A DNA stretch of 64,000 nt from NCBI RefSeq assembly GCF_963676685.1, contig NC_092357.1, positions 38,316,001-38,380,000 of the forward strand, given 5' to 3'. Positions 24,431 through 39,000 of this stretch are shown here, one piece after another. This DNA comes from Mytilus edulis (Eukaryota). A program made the translations under genes and the position numbers. How positions within the stretch are numbered: the first letter of the stretch is position 1; the number at the start of each line of letters is the position of its first letter. Under the pieces are notes generated by a model, which saw only the letters and a program-made list of their open reading frames with translations, had not been told where the DNA came from and made no database searches.

Positions 24431-26795
24431 GTTTTGATATACGACGAAACCTGAAAAACAAAAGGCACATGGTATAAATCTAATATGTAAGTTAGTCAAG
24501 CATGTAGAGTCTTCAATTGTCAGCTTAAGTTATGCTAGATAATCGAGTTTGAATATCGATGAGAGTATATATTTAAAGATTTGTAACTGAAAAGGTGGCC
24601 ATTGTTTTATCAAAAGAATGGGGCTGTAAATAAATTATATATTTGTTTCAATTTAACCACTAGCGTTAACCAGTATTAAGACGTTTTATCATTGTGATAA
24701 TTTTGTTTAATATCCTTCGCTCAAATAACAACAAATTCTCTCGTATGATCCTGTGACAACATAAAATTAACTACCAATCATACAATAAAACTATCGCCGC
24801 GATATAGCCTTTTTGTGCTAATGCGGCGTAAAGCAACCAACAATCAATCAAAACAATAAAACTAAACAAGCAGGAAAAAAAACTAAACTCAAGTCATGTG
24901 TTTCTGTTTTACTATACAGATAAATAGATTGTTTATCCAGAAAAATATTTCGGAACCAAATTTTATCAAGTAATATCAATTTCAAAACAAAGATATATAC
25001 ATATTCAAAGCATAAAGGAATAAATAAACACAACATGGTGCATTCTCAATCAATAAATATCAATACTAAGCGAAAGAAGAAAAAGGACAATTTACCGTTC
25101 ACGTTTTGTATATATGTAAATGGAAAGTCATGGTATATATGTACGCTGTGCTTTTGTATATTATTACTTAAATAGGTATCTGCTGACTAAATTGAATATT
25201 GGAAACTCAGTTGGGAATATATATTTAAAACAGATACTAAATCTTTTGAGAAAACCCATAAAAAAATGAAATATTTACATGCCCTCATTGATCCATTACG
25301 TGCATATGTGAAATTACTTTCAAAAACCCAAGCTCGTGAATGAGAGAAGGTTTGTCTACAGATGGGAAGTTAAATTATAAGGTGATGTTGGCGTGAACTT
25401 TTCTTTTAAATCTTTAAACAATTTCCATTCACGAAAAGAAATCTTAAAATCCGCGTGTGTTTTCATAAAATTCAGCGTACAATGTAAACATTTTAAAATA
25501 ATTAGTAATAATATTTCGAAAACCAATTTGAAAAGCATTGATTGTAGATTCCGGCGCCGAGTTTAAATTTAAATTGATGCTGTATTTCACAAAAGTCTAT
25601 GACAGGCCAACATTATTTAAATGTTAGTTAGCCCTCATACTAAGTAAAAATTCCCTCAATCGCGTAGTGAGAACATGAAATTAAGCAATCAAGAACTATT
25701 TTAGTTGCATGAACATTACATTTGTTCATAAAAAAAGTATATATTAAGCATACACAAAATAATGATGAATTTTCATTGCAAAAATTATCAAAATGAAGCA
25801 ACAAAGAAATAATAGAAAGCTGAACATCGAAATTGTATCCTATCAAATTAAGAACACTAACTTTTCCTTTATACATTTACTGCTTTCAGTTAAGTATTCT
25901 TACAATTGTTGCAGGGTATACGTTCGCTGTATTCCCTTCACTTTTGACAAATATATTTTTTTAGATATATCACGTAATCACACTTTTTCATAGACTATAA
26001 TTAGATGATTATTGCGCATATTTTTTTTAGTACCAGATTAAGTTTTTATTGTTAGAAAATTTACTAAAAAATAAATGCAAATTTGTGTAAGGTCATTAAT
26101 ATTAAAAATAATTAAATTCGATTGAGAACCCTCCAAAAAATGTAAAAAAAATATCATGTTGTTTTAAAACATATGAGCGGTTATATTGTACATATAAAGC
26201 AAATAACATGCATCTTTGACACTAATCATTTGCATTATAATAACTAATTGAAAACGAGAGAAAATTGCAGATAGAATCGTACTGAAATTCAATTTGTTTA
26301 TAAGGTGTTCAATAACTGTTATAACGGGATACTTTTACAACTGTTTTTGTGGGATGTTTAGTACAAACACTAATTAATAATTACCAGTTAAAAATTCAAA
26401 ATTTTAAATAAATGATGGAATAAGATTTAATGAAGAATTATACTCTGTATGTAGTTTTTTCCAAATCTTTTAGTATCTAAAAATACTATGTGTTTGCATT
26501 GAATTTTATTAAAATATTCTTACAAAATACTTATTTGCTTTTCTAAGCAACTTTAACATCTATTTACTCAATATAATCAATTAAAGAGAGGGAAAATTGC
26601 ATAGAATCGTGATAAAATTGAGATTTGAATTATAAGTGTTCAATAAGTTTCATAAAGGTGTGCTTTTACAACGGTTTTATCACAGTGTATGTGTATGACA
26701 CACAATAATTATTACATAACAATCAAATGAGTTTGAATTGAAAAGAAAAAATTCAAAGTGTTTTAAACAGTTAAATGATAAATAAATTTTCTTAC

Positions 26796-27060
26796 CTGAG
26801 TATAAACTAGATGGCAGGAAGGAATCAATGGGAAGCCAAGGAAAGTACTGCGATCTTTTCAACAATCATTCGCCTATTTATGCAATTTGAAATTTGAAAT
26901 TTTCAATAATTAAGCTAATTGCGTAACAAAACACATGTTTTCTCAAAAATATGCATGGACATTTATTTTCATCAAAATTATGTGATATTCAATACACGAT
27001 AGCTATGTCTGACATCTATTTGTCAAAAACTACATCATCTTTTCCACATCATCAAATTAA
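26796..27060 (-). promoter_or_regulatory. Promoter and non-coding exon 1 of Met-rich gene copy 3
   Basis: Variant TATA box CATAAATA 26882-26875; donor CTCAG|GTAAGA after 26796; ACATTTTATTTTCATCAAAATTATGTGATA block conserved with the paralogues. Confidence 0.8.
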
Positions 27061-27149
27061 CACTTCACTTGACATAACTATTTTCTTAGAGTTCATAGGA
27101 TAATATGTTGACATTGTATTTTTCGGTGTTTGACATTGTCAAATTCCTT

Positions 27150-27660
27150 TACCTTTCCGCTTCATTTTAATAACAAATTACCCTAAAAATTGTTATAAGA
27201 TTGAAACTTATTAATTAAATATGTTGTTGAGCGAGGTTGGTTTTCTCTAAAAGTTAGTATAATATATAAATGTTGTAAATTGTACAGATATATAAATAGT
27301 TGAGGATTATAGTCTTTTAAGTCTATTAAGGTTAAAAAAAACAGCATTCATTTCACTTCATTACGATAACAAATCATCCTCAAAATTGTTATAAGATGTA
27401 AAAACAAAATTGACGGAAAGGCACATGTTGGTGAGCGGTTTCTTTTTTATCGAAAATAAGTATGATAAGAGTTACAATTAATGTTCACAGATATATGAAA
27501 AGTTTAAAGTTGTAGTCTGTTTAAAGGTTAAAAAAAAACAGCATTAATTTCGATGTACGTTGTTGAGAGTTGTTTTCCTTCGAAAGTTTGTATAATAAAT
27601 ATAATAATGTTCACAGATATGTAATAGTTTTAAATTGTAGTTTGTGTGGTTTTAATTTCA
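27150..27660. repeat. Degenerate local tandem duplication (~195-bp period)
   Basis: ACAAAT..CC..AAAATTGTTATAAGAT at ~27172 and ~27369; AAGGTTAAAAAAAACAGCATT at ~27328 and ~27523. Confidence 0.6.
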
Positions 27661-30062
27661 ATGTACATAGAAATTTGGAAAATTTATTTAATATAGAAAT
27701 TAAGAGACGAACTTTCAGTCCTTAGATATTTAGCAATAAGAACTGCTTATTATTTCATGCTGACAATGTATCTATTAGAATTATTAATAAGCCAAACGCT
27801 AATTCTTTTCCTTGTAGTTTTTATAAATTAATGCATGTTTATATAATAACTAAATCTGTCATGTTTGCTGTAAGGTGGTTTAGATCATAACGAAAGTAGT
27901 TAAAAATAGTTAGTATATAAAGATATTAAGATAAGGTTCTTAATTTTACATCATAATTAATACTGTAAAGTTCAGTAAAAGATTATAATAAAGTTTATAA
28001 AAATAAAAGGGACGAAAGTTACCAGAGGGACAGTCAAACTCATAGATTGAAAATAAACTGTCAACGCCATGGCTAAAAATTAAAAAAAAAGACAAACTGA
28101 CAAATAATAGTACAGAAGACACAACATAAAAAAGTAAAGACTAAGCGACACGATATCCACCAAACATTGGGGGTGATCTCATGGTGTGCTCCGGAAGGGT
28201 TAGCAAATCCTGCTCCACATGTATAAATAATCCAAACCTTCAGACTACTTCTTCTTGTAATTTTTGTATTTAATACATCATTCTACACGTTCAAATAATA
28301 TATAAGTATGTAATTTTATGACCGTTTAATTTCCTACAAGTGATAAGTACATGAGGATATCGTGGTTATGTTCATAATTTTATAACTTCAATAAGAGACA
28401 TCTATGGGTTACGACAGGGCTGTTGTATCTTGCACCAGTTATATCTTGCAATAACCTTTTTTTATGTAAAACTTGAAACTATTACTATTAACCACATTCT
28501 GATAACAATGTACATTCAACAATCAACGTTCAGATGACAATGAGAGGTTTAATCTTTGTAAATGTACTCATTAATGTTTTAACAGTAAGCAAAAATCCAC
28601 ACTATGAATCATAAACACAGAACATTACTTACGATTTATTCAAGTAATTTTCCTTGACAAACAGTAATGAAAGTCTAAAAGACACAATCTATTGCTGGAA
28701 AATTTTAATATCAATGGATAAACGAACATAATGTCTAATTCTAGCGGAACACGTTAAATATGGATAAATTTCTTCTTTTATGTTTATTTATTTCCATTTT
28801 TTACCAAAGATGGATACAACGCGATAAAAATACCTTCATCAGGAACGACCACGCTTAATATTTCGAAGCCAAGGATGTTAAAGGACCGAAACAGTTGCAG
28901 AGCTATTAACCAAAGAGGACCTAAAAAAATTAGCCAAATCCATCTAAAGCAGGTATTATCGTTCATATAATTATACATGGTTGGTTTCGATTAATTTAAT
29001 TCTTTTAACGCTTTTGGTAATAAACTAAAAAAAAGTTGCTGTCTTTCTTTGACAAGTTTTGATGAGTTTAGCTAGCCACTTTGGTTTTATGTGTAAGTTT
29101 TTAGCGTACATCATGATGCCTGTGTTTAACGACTAGACTGGCTATACACCACTCACACGGTCGATTAGCATAGTATTACAAGATCGTCTTTCTCAATCTT
29201 GGATTTGCAGTTGAATAACAATTAACAATCGGTCTAGATGTTTAATGAAATGTGCAAAATATTTGTAACTCATGTGTCAGACTTTTTATTTTAACATAGG
29301 AAAGTATGAGTTTTATAATATATACGGCTGTTCTTTTTTTTTTACTTGTGTTTGGTTTCTCCCCCCCCCCCCCCCACCAATAACTCCCCCCCCCCACCCC
29401 ACCCCCAACTTTGTCAATAAAGGAAATAATTCAGATATAAGTGGGGGAAACTCCAATAAATTAACTTTATAACAGAATTTGTAGTGAATTTACCTTATTC
29501 GTCACATGTATTATGCAGCAAGAAAACGAGTCCGGTGACCCTTGTTTTCTTTTCTTATCGGAAAGCAATTTTAAAGTCAAGGCTATAGTCCTGTATATAT
29601 AATTTATCTTAAAAATATATGGTGCAGTTTTTCTTTTGATAACGCAAAAAAATGTTTTTTCATGCATATTCTATACGAAATTTGACAATTTTGCGTAACC
29701 TGCAGCATGAAAACAGTTTTTTTGCGATTGTGAATGCCACCCTGAAATAAGATATGACTACCAAAGTGAAACATAATGAAACCATGAAGAAAAAAAAAGC
29801 TATAATACATTGATATACATTAGCATTAGTCACAGCTCTGCCAATTATATCCCTTCATAAAAGAGGGCAAAAGATATCAGAGGGACATTCAGACTCATAG
29901 ATCGAAAATAAACTGCGAACGCCATGGCAAAAAAAAGACAAATAGACTAATAATACTATACAAGACACAACATAGAAAATATTAAAAGACTAAGCAACAC
30001 TATTCCCAACAAAAACTGGAAGCGATCTCATGTTCAACGATCGAGGGGGTAAGCAGATCCGA

Positions 30063-30430
30063 TATATTTGTGCTACTAGTAATATATCACAGAAAAACGC
30101 AAAAGAAACACTGAAATTATAAAAACAAAATACAGATTTTTTAAAAAGGGTTACAGCTAAAATATGTTTTCATGTCCCCAAGTACATTGTACCAATGAAT
30201 TTTACGATCATTATTCTTTTGGAAACCATTAATACTGATAGAGGCTACCACTACCGAGTATCTTCATGATCCGCTATTCAGATGAACTCGTCCCTTCACG
30301 AATAGTTCACAATTAGTAATTACGATGTCGATTGCGTTTATTGCGTTGCACTTGATACTATGGATACCACAGGCACAAAATTGAAATGGTGTTTTTTTTC
30401 TTTGAAATGTGACTAACTTTAAGAAGTTGT
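30063..30430. repeat. Local direct duplicate of 33065-33410
   Basis: Both start TATATTTGTGCTACTAGTAATATAT and end TGACT.ACTTTAAGAAGTTG, with a colinear interior. Confidence 0.85.
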
Positions 30431-30976
30431 CACAACATAGAAACTAAATACTTAGCAACACGATTCCCACCACAACCTGGAAGCGATCTCATGTGCAACG
30501 AGGGGGTAAGCAGATCCCGCTCCACATGTGGCACCTGTCGTGTTGCTCATACTATTACAAACCCGTAAATAATTCGGTGGGTAAGATAAGAGTAACGGAT
30601 TCAACCGGAGATTGCCGACTGTTACTATGGCATAATACATAAAATCAAATGAGAGTCTGGATGAGAGTCCTTCATTTCTATATTCCTTAATTTTTTCTGC
30701 CATTTTTCTCTATTCTTTATATATTTTTTTCAATTATTCTCCATTCATTTTAGCACCTCATTTTCTCCATTCTTTATTCTTTTAGTCCATCTGTTCTCTT
30801 TGCTTCATGTTTTTTGCCAATTATTCTCTATTCCGAAAATCATCACAGCCGAACACCTTCTGCATGGAGACGCTGGAAAAATTATGCAAATGACCTTCAT
30901 TAATAAATTAATAAATGTAGAATACAAAGGAAGAGGTATCAATTTCAGTACATAGCTAGCAATGGTTGGTAAATTA

Positions 30977-31211
30977 TGATTGATTTTTAGTGTTTAACGC
31001 ACTTTAAGTGCACTAGGGCTTTTTCGTGCGGACCAGTTTTCAGTGGCAAAGTAACCCGTAGTGCAAGGAGAAACCCACCGACCCTGGATAAGAAAACTGA
31101 TCATCTTAGTCAACAAAGAATGGAGTGCATGGTTCGAACTCCCAACCTCGGTGTTGACTGGCTACAGTGGTTATAAAATAACTATTTAGACCACACTGCC
31201 ACCGTGGCCCT
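30977..31211 (-). mobile_element. tRNA-derived SINE
   Basis: Minus-strand head GGGCCACGGTGGCAGTGTGGTC (A-box-like), B-box GGAGTTCGAACC (31142-31131), tail GCGTTAAACACTAAAAATCAATC. Confidence 0.7.
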
Positions 31212-34200
31212 TTATAATAGTATACACACATTCAAGACAACAAATAATTTTACATTAAAATATCTTTTTTTTTTCTGTAAATGAAGGTTAAGTTTAATTT
31301 TAGGTTAGATTCCTTTAGCTACTATTTTCCTCCAATGTGACATACCATATTAAAACTTATAAATCATCGGATTTGTAACTACACGATTATCATGACAGGA
31401 GCCACATGTGGAGCAAAATTTTCCGATTTTTTTCGGAAAACTCGATATCACCCGCAGTTTTCATTATTCTATATTGAGTTTTGTGTAATGTAGTTTGTAT
31501 GCTTGTCTTTTTTCTTTTTTTTTTTCGCTATGACGTTGTAGATTTATTTTCGACAAAAGCGTTTGGATGTCCATTTGGTATTTTTCGCATCTATTTTTGG
31601 CGAATAGACAAATCCATGATGTTTTGCTCCTATGCCTTTCGCAAGGAGTATCAAATTTATTTAACATTTAAAATGTAATAACTTATTACGCGGTAAAAGA
31701 ATTTAAGCTGACTTACTTGTTCATCATATTCTAATTTTCTACAATTGCTTGCTGGTAATTCCAATTGAATATCCTAAAACATGTGAAATATATCTGTTGT
31801 TATCTGTTCTTTGGTCGGGTTGTTGTATATTTGACATATTCCCCGAACCTCCATTTAAATGAAATTATTTGTTACATTTAGTACACAAAAGTCATATATT
31901 TCGAAAAATTTGACATTTGTTCCACTATTAAGGGCACTTTTACCACGACCTTCGGTTAACCTTTATTTAAACTTTGAGAAAGGTTGCATCAGAATTTTTC
32001 GACGATGCTGTAATTTAAAAAAAATATTGCATCAGAAATAAATGGCATGCGGGAATTGCATGACTTTTCATCTGTAATTCAGTTATGATGTTGTTTCTTC
32101 CATGCTTTCATAAATTTTGTCTGTTCTTAGGATCAGAAAATTGTATACATTTAGTACGATTCAGAATGCAAAATGAAAACATGCAAGCGGATTGTTTTTC
32201 GATAAAACATGTAAACCATACGAACTATGAAATACTATGACAAAAACTATATACCCCCTTCCTCTCTTACTTTTTTTTTTTTGCGATCCCTTAGCAGATG
32301 ATGAAAATAGCACTTTATAAATTGCGTGCGATCGAGAGCAATATTTTTTATTTACCTTCTTCATTAGGAACGATCCTACCTTTAAAACATTGAGCATTAG
32401 GGTGACATAAATACGAAGCAACATTATGATCAATGCGATCAAATTGGACCTACAAACAAGAACAGTTAAATTCATCATAGGCCAACTTTGTCAAATGGAG
32501 TTAAAACCTTAGTTTTTTAACAATTTTTAAATTTATCAAAGGGAAATTTTACAAAATACGATAAACATCGTGTCGATACCAAAGAACCGTCTATGAGATG
32601 ATGATACTCAATGGACTTTGAGTACTCTAGTAGTGCTAGTAAATGAAAATAATACGTCCAAATCTCAGCGTAGTGATATATTTAATTTTTAATTTTATTG
32701 AGTTTTAACTTTTCTTGTAATAACTTTTTTACTACATTTTAAAATTATTTCACGATTGACTTGCACATAGCTGATGAGGAGGAGTGCAGATTTGGGTATG
32801 TTTGTGGTATGTGAATACACAAACACAGAAAAGAGACATTGAACATAGGTACTATATCACGCATTCTGCAGGTTAAAAACACTTATGGGGGATTTGCAAA
32901 ACTTCTTGTCCCTTTGTGACAAAGATATCGTAGTTTGCCAGTTGCAAATTTGGATTTTAATAAAACAATATATATAGCCCTCTACATATATTGTCAGTGA
33001 CCGCTGTTGATAGTAAACTAGGAATTGACCGCAAATGCATGTGGTGAAGACATGTTATTTCCAGTATATTTGTGCTACTAGTAATATATAACAGAAAAAA
33101 CGCACTCAAACTTATATTATAAGAAAATAATGACAGATTTAAAAAAAAAATGGTTACAGCCAAAACATAATGTCCCTAAGTACCAAAGAATTTTACGGTC
33201 ATTCTTCTTTTTGTAACCGTTTGTGCTCAAAGAGGCTACCAAAATCGATTAACAGCATGGTCCGATATTCAAATGATTTCGTCCCTTCGCGAATAGTTCA
33301 CAATAGTAAGTACGATGTCGATTGCGTCTATTACATTTCAGTTGGTACTATGGATACCATAGGCACAAATAGAATTCTTTCTTTGAAATTTGACTTACTT
33401 TAAGAAGTTGACATTAAAGAGTGCACGGTTGAGAATTAATTTGAGACGAAAAAAAGATAGCTTTATCATTTCATACTTATGCTACAGCATTCGACATCAA
33501 CTGTATATGTAGTATGTATAATGCATACTAGATGTTATAAACTGACAGCTAGGGGCGATTATTATGTATTTTCTATAGTACGTTGGATATAAAAAAGAAG
33601 TTATGGTTTGATTGCCAATGAGACAACTCTCCAGGATACAGTTTTTTTTATAAACACTTACGTCCTATTTCATGAGGAATCAGTAGTATGGCATTGCATA
33701 GTTGTATGAGTTTTTTCTCAGACTGTTTTGATATATCTTTTACAGATGACCACGAATATGTTTGATTTCTATTTGCCGTAGACACAATTGCAGGAACCAT
33801 TCTCCTCGCCTCGTTTGTGAAATTATCGCTTGCTAATTATCTCTGATTTTTTTACATGAGGGTCTATATGGAGTTAACAGAATATAGAAAATATATATAA
33901 GCAAATAATACAGAATGAATGGTAATAAAAAGGGGAAGAAAAAAAAACGGCCGAAAAATTAGGAATAGGGAATTTGGAAATACTCAATAATAAAGAATGG
34001 AGAATAAGGGTCAAATAAAAGAAAAAGAAAACAAAAATGCTTTAGGACCCTCATCCAGACCATTTTACAGATAAAAAGAGGAACACTGAACGTTATTATT
34101 TGGAAAAAAAAGAACTACATGCTCTTCTTAGGCATAATTAAGACTTCATCCGCGTTTTGGTATGATTCGTATTTTTTTCAATAGATTTGTGTAATTTGTT

Positions 34201-36054
34201 TTCGTTCACTATTGTGAAAGGTGTTCTTCCTTTGATACATGTAATGATGTCGGTTTTCGACTTATTTATGGTTTTAAATGCTTTCTTACATTTCCTTACC
34301 TTTACCGATGATAGTTACTCCGTGCGGTACATTGAACAACTAATGAACCAAAAACTTAATAAAAAAAAAAAAAAAAAAAAGTTAAACATATCTTTTTCTT
34401 TAGAACTTGGATTAATTCATTACACGTTGTAAGATCTTTCGTAAGAAAATCAAACATAAATGTCATGCATGCATGTTTTTCATGCTTTTCTTAATTCAAA
34501 CGTGCTTCTTGTCATCCCTCATGTCTTTTCTGGATATGAATAGCGTCGATACAAAATGATTATACATGTACATACAAGCCCACTTTGACCCCAAAATGTT
34601 ATGATATAATCATTTTCGAGTGACTTAATTGAAAATAACTTTGCATACTCAACCCTTTTACTAATTAAAGATATTGTTATCAAACTTGAAATCCAGATAT
34701 ATAAAAAGAGATCATGCGCGTAGCTACGTTTACGTCAAAACGCCCGGGCGTACACTTGAATTTGGTAAAACAAAATATTTTCATCTAGATATTATCAAAA
34801 GAATTGAATACAGTACATCAACCTTCTTAGTCTTTCTTCAATTGCCTGTAATTTTGAATAAAAATGACAAAATTGGTGTCATATTTATATATTTGTTCAT
34901 TTTCTGATAAAGTCTAAATCTACCGTGATTTCTATACTCGCTTTCCTTTTCTAAAGCAATTCCTTATGTACTTAGATTCGAAATGTGGTTTGCATTTTTT
35001 TTTTAATTATAACTGTGTAGATGTAGGTTCAGTATGTGGTTGAAGTTTTAATATATAAATAACTTTGTCAAACCATCGTATGATTTTACGATAGCTGGAC
35101 AAAAACTGTTTATGGTCAAAAGAGTATCCAGTGCATCATGACGAAATTATACATGATGAATTTTCCCGTAATTCATGGATTTTTAAAAGGAATGTCTTGA
35201 AGTTTTTACATTCTGAGATTAAAATTTGTTACATATAAATTATTTGTAAAATCGTGGTCAAAGTTAATGAAACTTTCTTGGAGGAAAACGCGTATAGCGC
35301 AAGCATAAATTTCCATCCTGGTATCTATGATGTCGAGTTAATTTACATGATAAATTTATAATCCTCCATATTTTGTCATGAAACTTGTGCAAAAATTAAA
35401 TGAAAATATTTGTTTTGTTTAAATCCTGTAATGGACTGACAAATGAATAAACTTTTCGCGGGGAGAAATTTCAGGCGAGAACCAGGGTTCTATTTACACA
35501 CTTTAATATTGCACCTGAACAACTCAGAAAATTAATTATTTCATGTTCATTTACGATTCTAAATAAACAATGAATAGATTAAACATAAAAAAAAGTAACC
35601 ATTTTGAATCTAAAGAATGTTGTTATTGATATGAGTTTTCAATGACAGGAATGGTTTGTCATTTAACTTCCGGAGGCTTAGCACCCGCTCATCTACATTG
35701 GCCTGGATCCAATAAGGCCTTTAGGCCCTGGCCGAGGTTCGGGCGTACACTTGAAAATGACCTAGCTACGCCACTGGAGATGATTTCTATATATTTCGAA
35801 ATTTGCTAAGAAATTCAAACGGTGGTTCTGCTTGTTTTATATTAGATTTGAGAACTCCTACATCTGTGAATTTGCATAGATACTATTTCAAAATGTTATA
35901 CATGTAGTCGGTCATAAAATTAAATTTGAGACGAATATAGATAGTAAATATATTACTTTCAATTCGTAAAAAAAAACCATACACGTTATCTTTTTTAATT
36001 GTTTTATTTTCAACAATAACAAAATATAAATATAAATTGACGATTTCTTTTGTT

Positions 36055-39000
36055 TTACAGTTCTTGCTTTGGCTTGGTTCTTTTACCACCTAAATTATTT
36101 TGTAATTTAAGCATTGTCCTAAACTCATCCGTGCTAATGCCGCCATCTTTGTTTTTGTCGGCGAATTGAAATAGTTCATTCAACATCCCTTCCATTATTG
36201 CTGGATCATCTGCCATTGGAAAATTACCATCCTTCATAGCAATGCTCATTACAGCTTCCAACTATAATATACAATGTAAGAACGAAAATTATAACTTTGT
36301 TCAAGTCGATTTATAAATCATGTCAACATTTAACGTTTACTTTTCTATATTGGCTAGAGGTAAAGGGGGAGGGTTGAGATCTCATAAACATGTTTGACCC
36401 CGCTGCATTTTTGCGCCTGTCCCAAGTCAGGAGCCTCTGGCCTTTGTTAGTCTTGTATTATTTTTAATTTTAGTTTCTTGTGTACAATTTGAAGTTTAGT
36501 ATGGCGTTCATTATCACTGAACTAGTATATATATTTTTTTAGGGACCAGCTGAAGGACGCCTTCGCGTGCGGGAGTTTCTCGCTGCATTGAAGACCTGTT
36601 GGTGACCTTCTGCTGTTGTCTGTTCCATGCATGGTCGGGTTGTTGTCTCTTTGACACTTTCCCCATTTTCATTCTCAATTTTATTTAAGATACGATCTAT
36701 ATGTAAATGGATTTAATAATTTCCTAACACATTTTTACTCAATTGTTGTATAGGTTTAAAACATAATATCAAATTAATACACCCAAAAACTAAATAATGC
36801 AAGTTTAAGTCAGCATACAAGTAAAAGTAACTAAACGGCATCTGAAATCGTCTAGACTGATGTTTATTAATAAAAACGTACGAAATAGGCACACTATTAC
36901 AAAAAGTACTAATAAAATTTAAAATTTAGTATTTTCGTATAGCAAGTTTTAAGTTTAAAATCATCACGGTTGTTCTTAAGTTCATGACGGATTTTTGCAT
37001 AAAGTTCTTCCAAGGTCTTACACTTCAAACGATTTATTTCTACAGAGCGAAATTTCGATGTCGTCTTCTCTTCGTAATGGATATAGAGGCACATTTCAGC
37101 TATTCAGCGCAGTGACTGCGTAAATATTCTGTATAGTTGGAACCCCTCCCCCTCCTTATTTTTTTGTCTTGGGTTGGGAATCTTTCTTTTGAAAATGACT
37201 GGATCCGCCACTTGGTTGCATAAAATATAACAGGCTTGTTGAGAGTTATCTCATTGGTAATCATACCACACCTTCTTTTTGTATCGTTAGCATATATGTA
37301 TTTAAAATTCATATTGAATTTGATTCTCAATCACATTTTCTTTTCTTTCTTATTTATTTAAATTTTTACCAACCAAATCTGAGAGAAAACCTACCTCTGT
37401 TACATCCAAAACACCATCTTCATTGAGATCAGCGCGTGTAAATCTTTGTAGAACTTCATCAGCTGGCTTGGCGTCAAGTAACTCTATTTCATAAATCACA
37501 GTGGCTCCAGGTGGGAAACGGTCTGAAATACAAATAAATCAGTATTAGCGACAGTAGAATTGAGAATGGAAATGGCAAATGTGTCAAAGAGACAACAACC
37601 CACCCAAAAAGGCAGCAAACAGCCGAAGGTCACCAATGGATCTTCTACACAGCCAGAAAATTCCGCACCTGCAGGCGGGATTCAGCTGGTACATATATTC
37701 AATGTTACTTATTATTTCACTGCATGTTGATTTTGATAGCGAAATCAACATTTGATTGGATGAAACTATCACACGTCACGTCGAACAAAACTTCATATTC
37801 CCCTCTGAACGTCAGGATTGCCTTGTGCGACATTACCTGCCGTTAATGTTTAAATAAAACATTTTGATAGGGTTTGTTTTAAAAAATATTTCAAGTCTAA
37901 AAACAATTAAAAAAGAATGAATAAGTAATTAACTTTAAATCGGTAATGGTTATCATGGTGTATGTTGTGTTTAGTTATAAAATAAAACGGATAAGAAAAC
38001 AATTATGTATTTTTTTTTATTCAGAATTTTAAAAAAAGTAGACAGTGGAATGAAACATTCAGTTCCCTTGGCTTCGTGAGATATGAAGATTTGTCCCCTC
38101 GAAAAGTCATATCTCCCTCGGACGATGCCCTCGTGAAATATGATTTTTCTTAGGTGAACAAATCTTCATATTTCCCTCAGGCACAGGAAATAAATGTATT
38201 GTATTCAATATTGCCGGAATCTTTCGTTTCGTTCTCTTCATCTGTTTCCATAGTAGATAACACTTCTTTTTCTTAACTAATTTTTTCTGCATTCTTTATG
38301 TACCTTTTTCGTTTTTTTCAAAAGATGGGGATTGAATGGAGAAGGTTTGGATATAAAAAAAAAATGACTAAGTTTAAATCAAGCTATATTCTCGTGAAAG
38401 TCTCCAGTCAGGAACTTCGCTCTACTTATCTCTGTTAATAACATACAAACAGTGGCGGATGCAGGAATTTTCGAAAGGGGGGTGATAGCCCAGGGCAAAA
38501 GGGGGGGGGGGGTGCAAAGGTGCAAAACATATGTCCCGATTCAAATGCATTGATCGGCCAAAATAAAGGGGGGGTGCGCACCCCCGGAACCCCCCCCCCC
38601 CCCCTGGATCCGCCACTGTACAAATGTGTATGTCATAATCATTTATGGATTTGGATGAGTAGATGTCTCATCCCCTATTTTGATATAAACAAGAATGTGT
38701 CCATAGTACACGAATGCCCCACTCGCACTATCATTTTCTATGTTCAGTGGACCGTGAAATTGGGGTCAAAACTATAATTTGGCATTAAAATTAGAAGGAT
38801 CATATCATAGGGAACATGTGTACTAAGTTTCAAGTTGATGTAACTTTAATTTCATCAAAAACTACCTTGACCAAAAACTTTAACCTGAACTTCGCACTAT
38901 CATTTTCTATGTTCAGTGGACCATGAAATTGGGGTCAAAACTTTAATTTGGAATTAAAATTAGAAAGATCATATCATAGGGAACATGTGTACTAAGTTTC

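Noticed and set aside
24431-24499. N-terminal extension MTNLHIRF... of the 277-aa ORF
   Set aside because: Runs through the splice acceptor at 24451 into intron; paralogues start at the equivalent of 24430.
28820-28860. Minus-strand CCTGATGAAGG hammerhead-like core
   Set aside because: No downstream GAAA or stem III; truncated relic.
29361-29407. C-rich tract as a regulatory G-quadruplex or Pro-rich ORF
   Set aside because: Low-complexity run like those inside MITEs elsewhere in the window; no supporting context.
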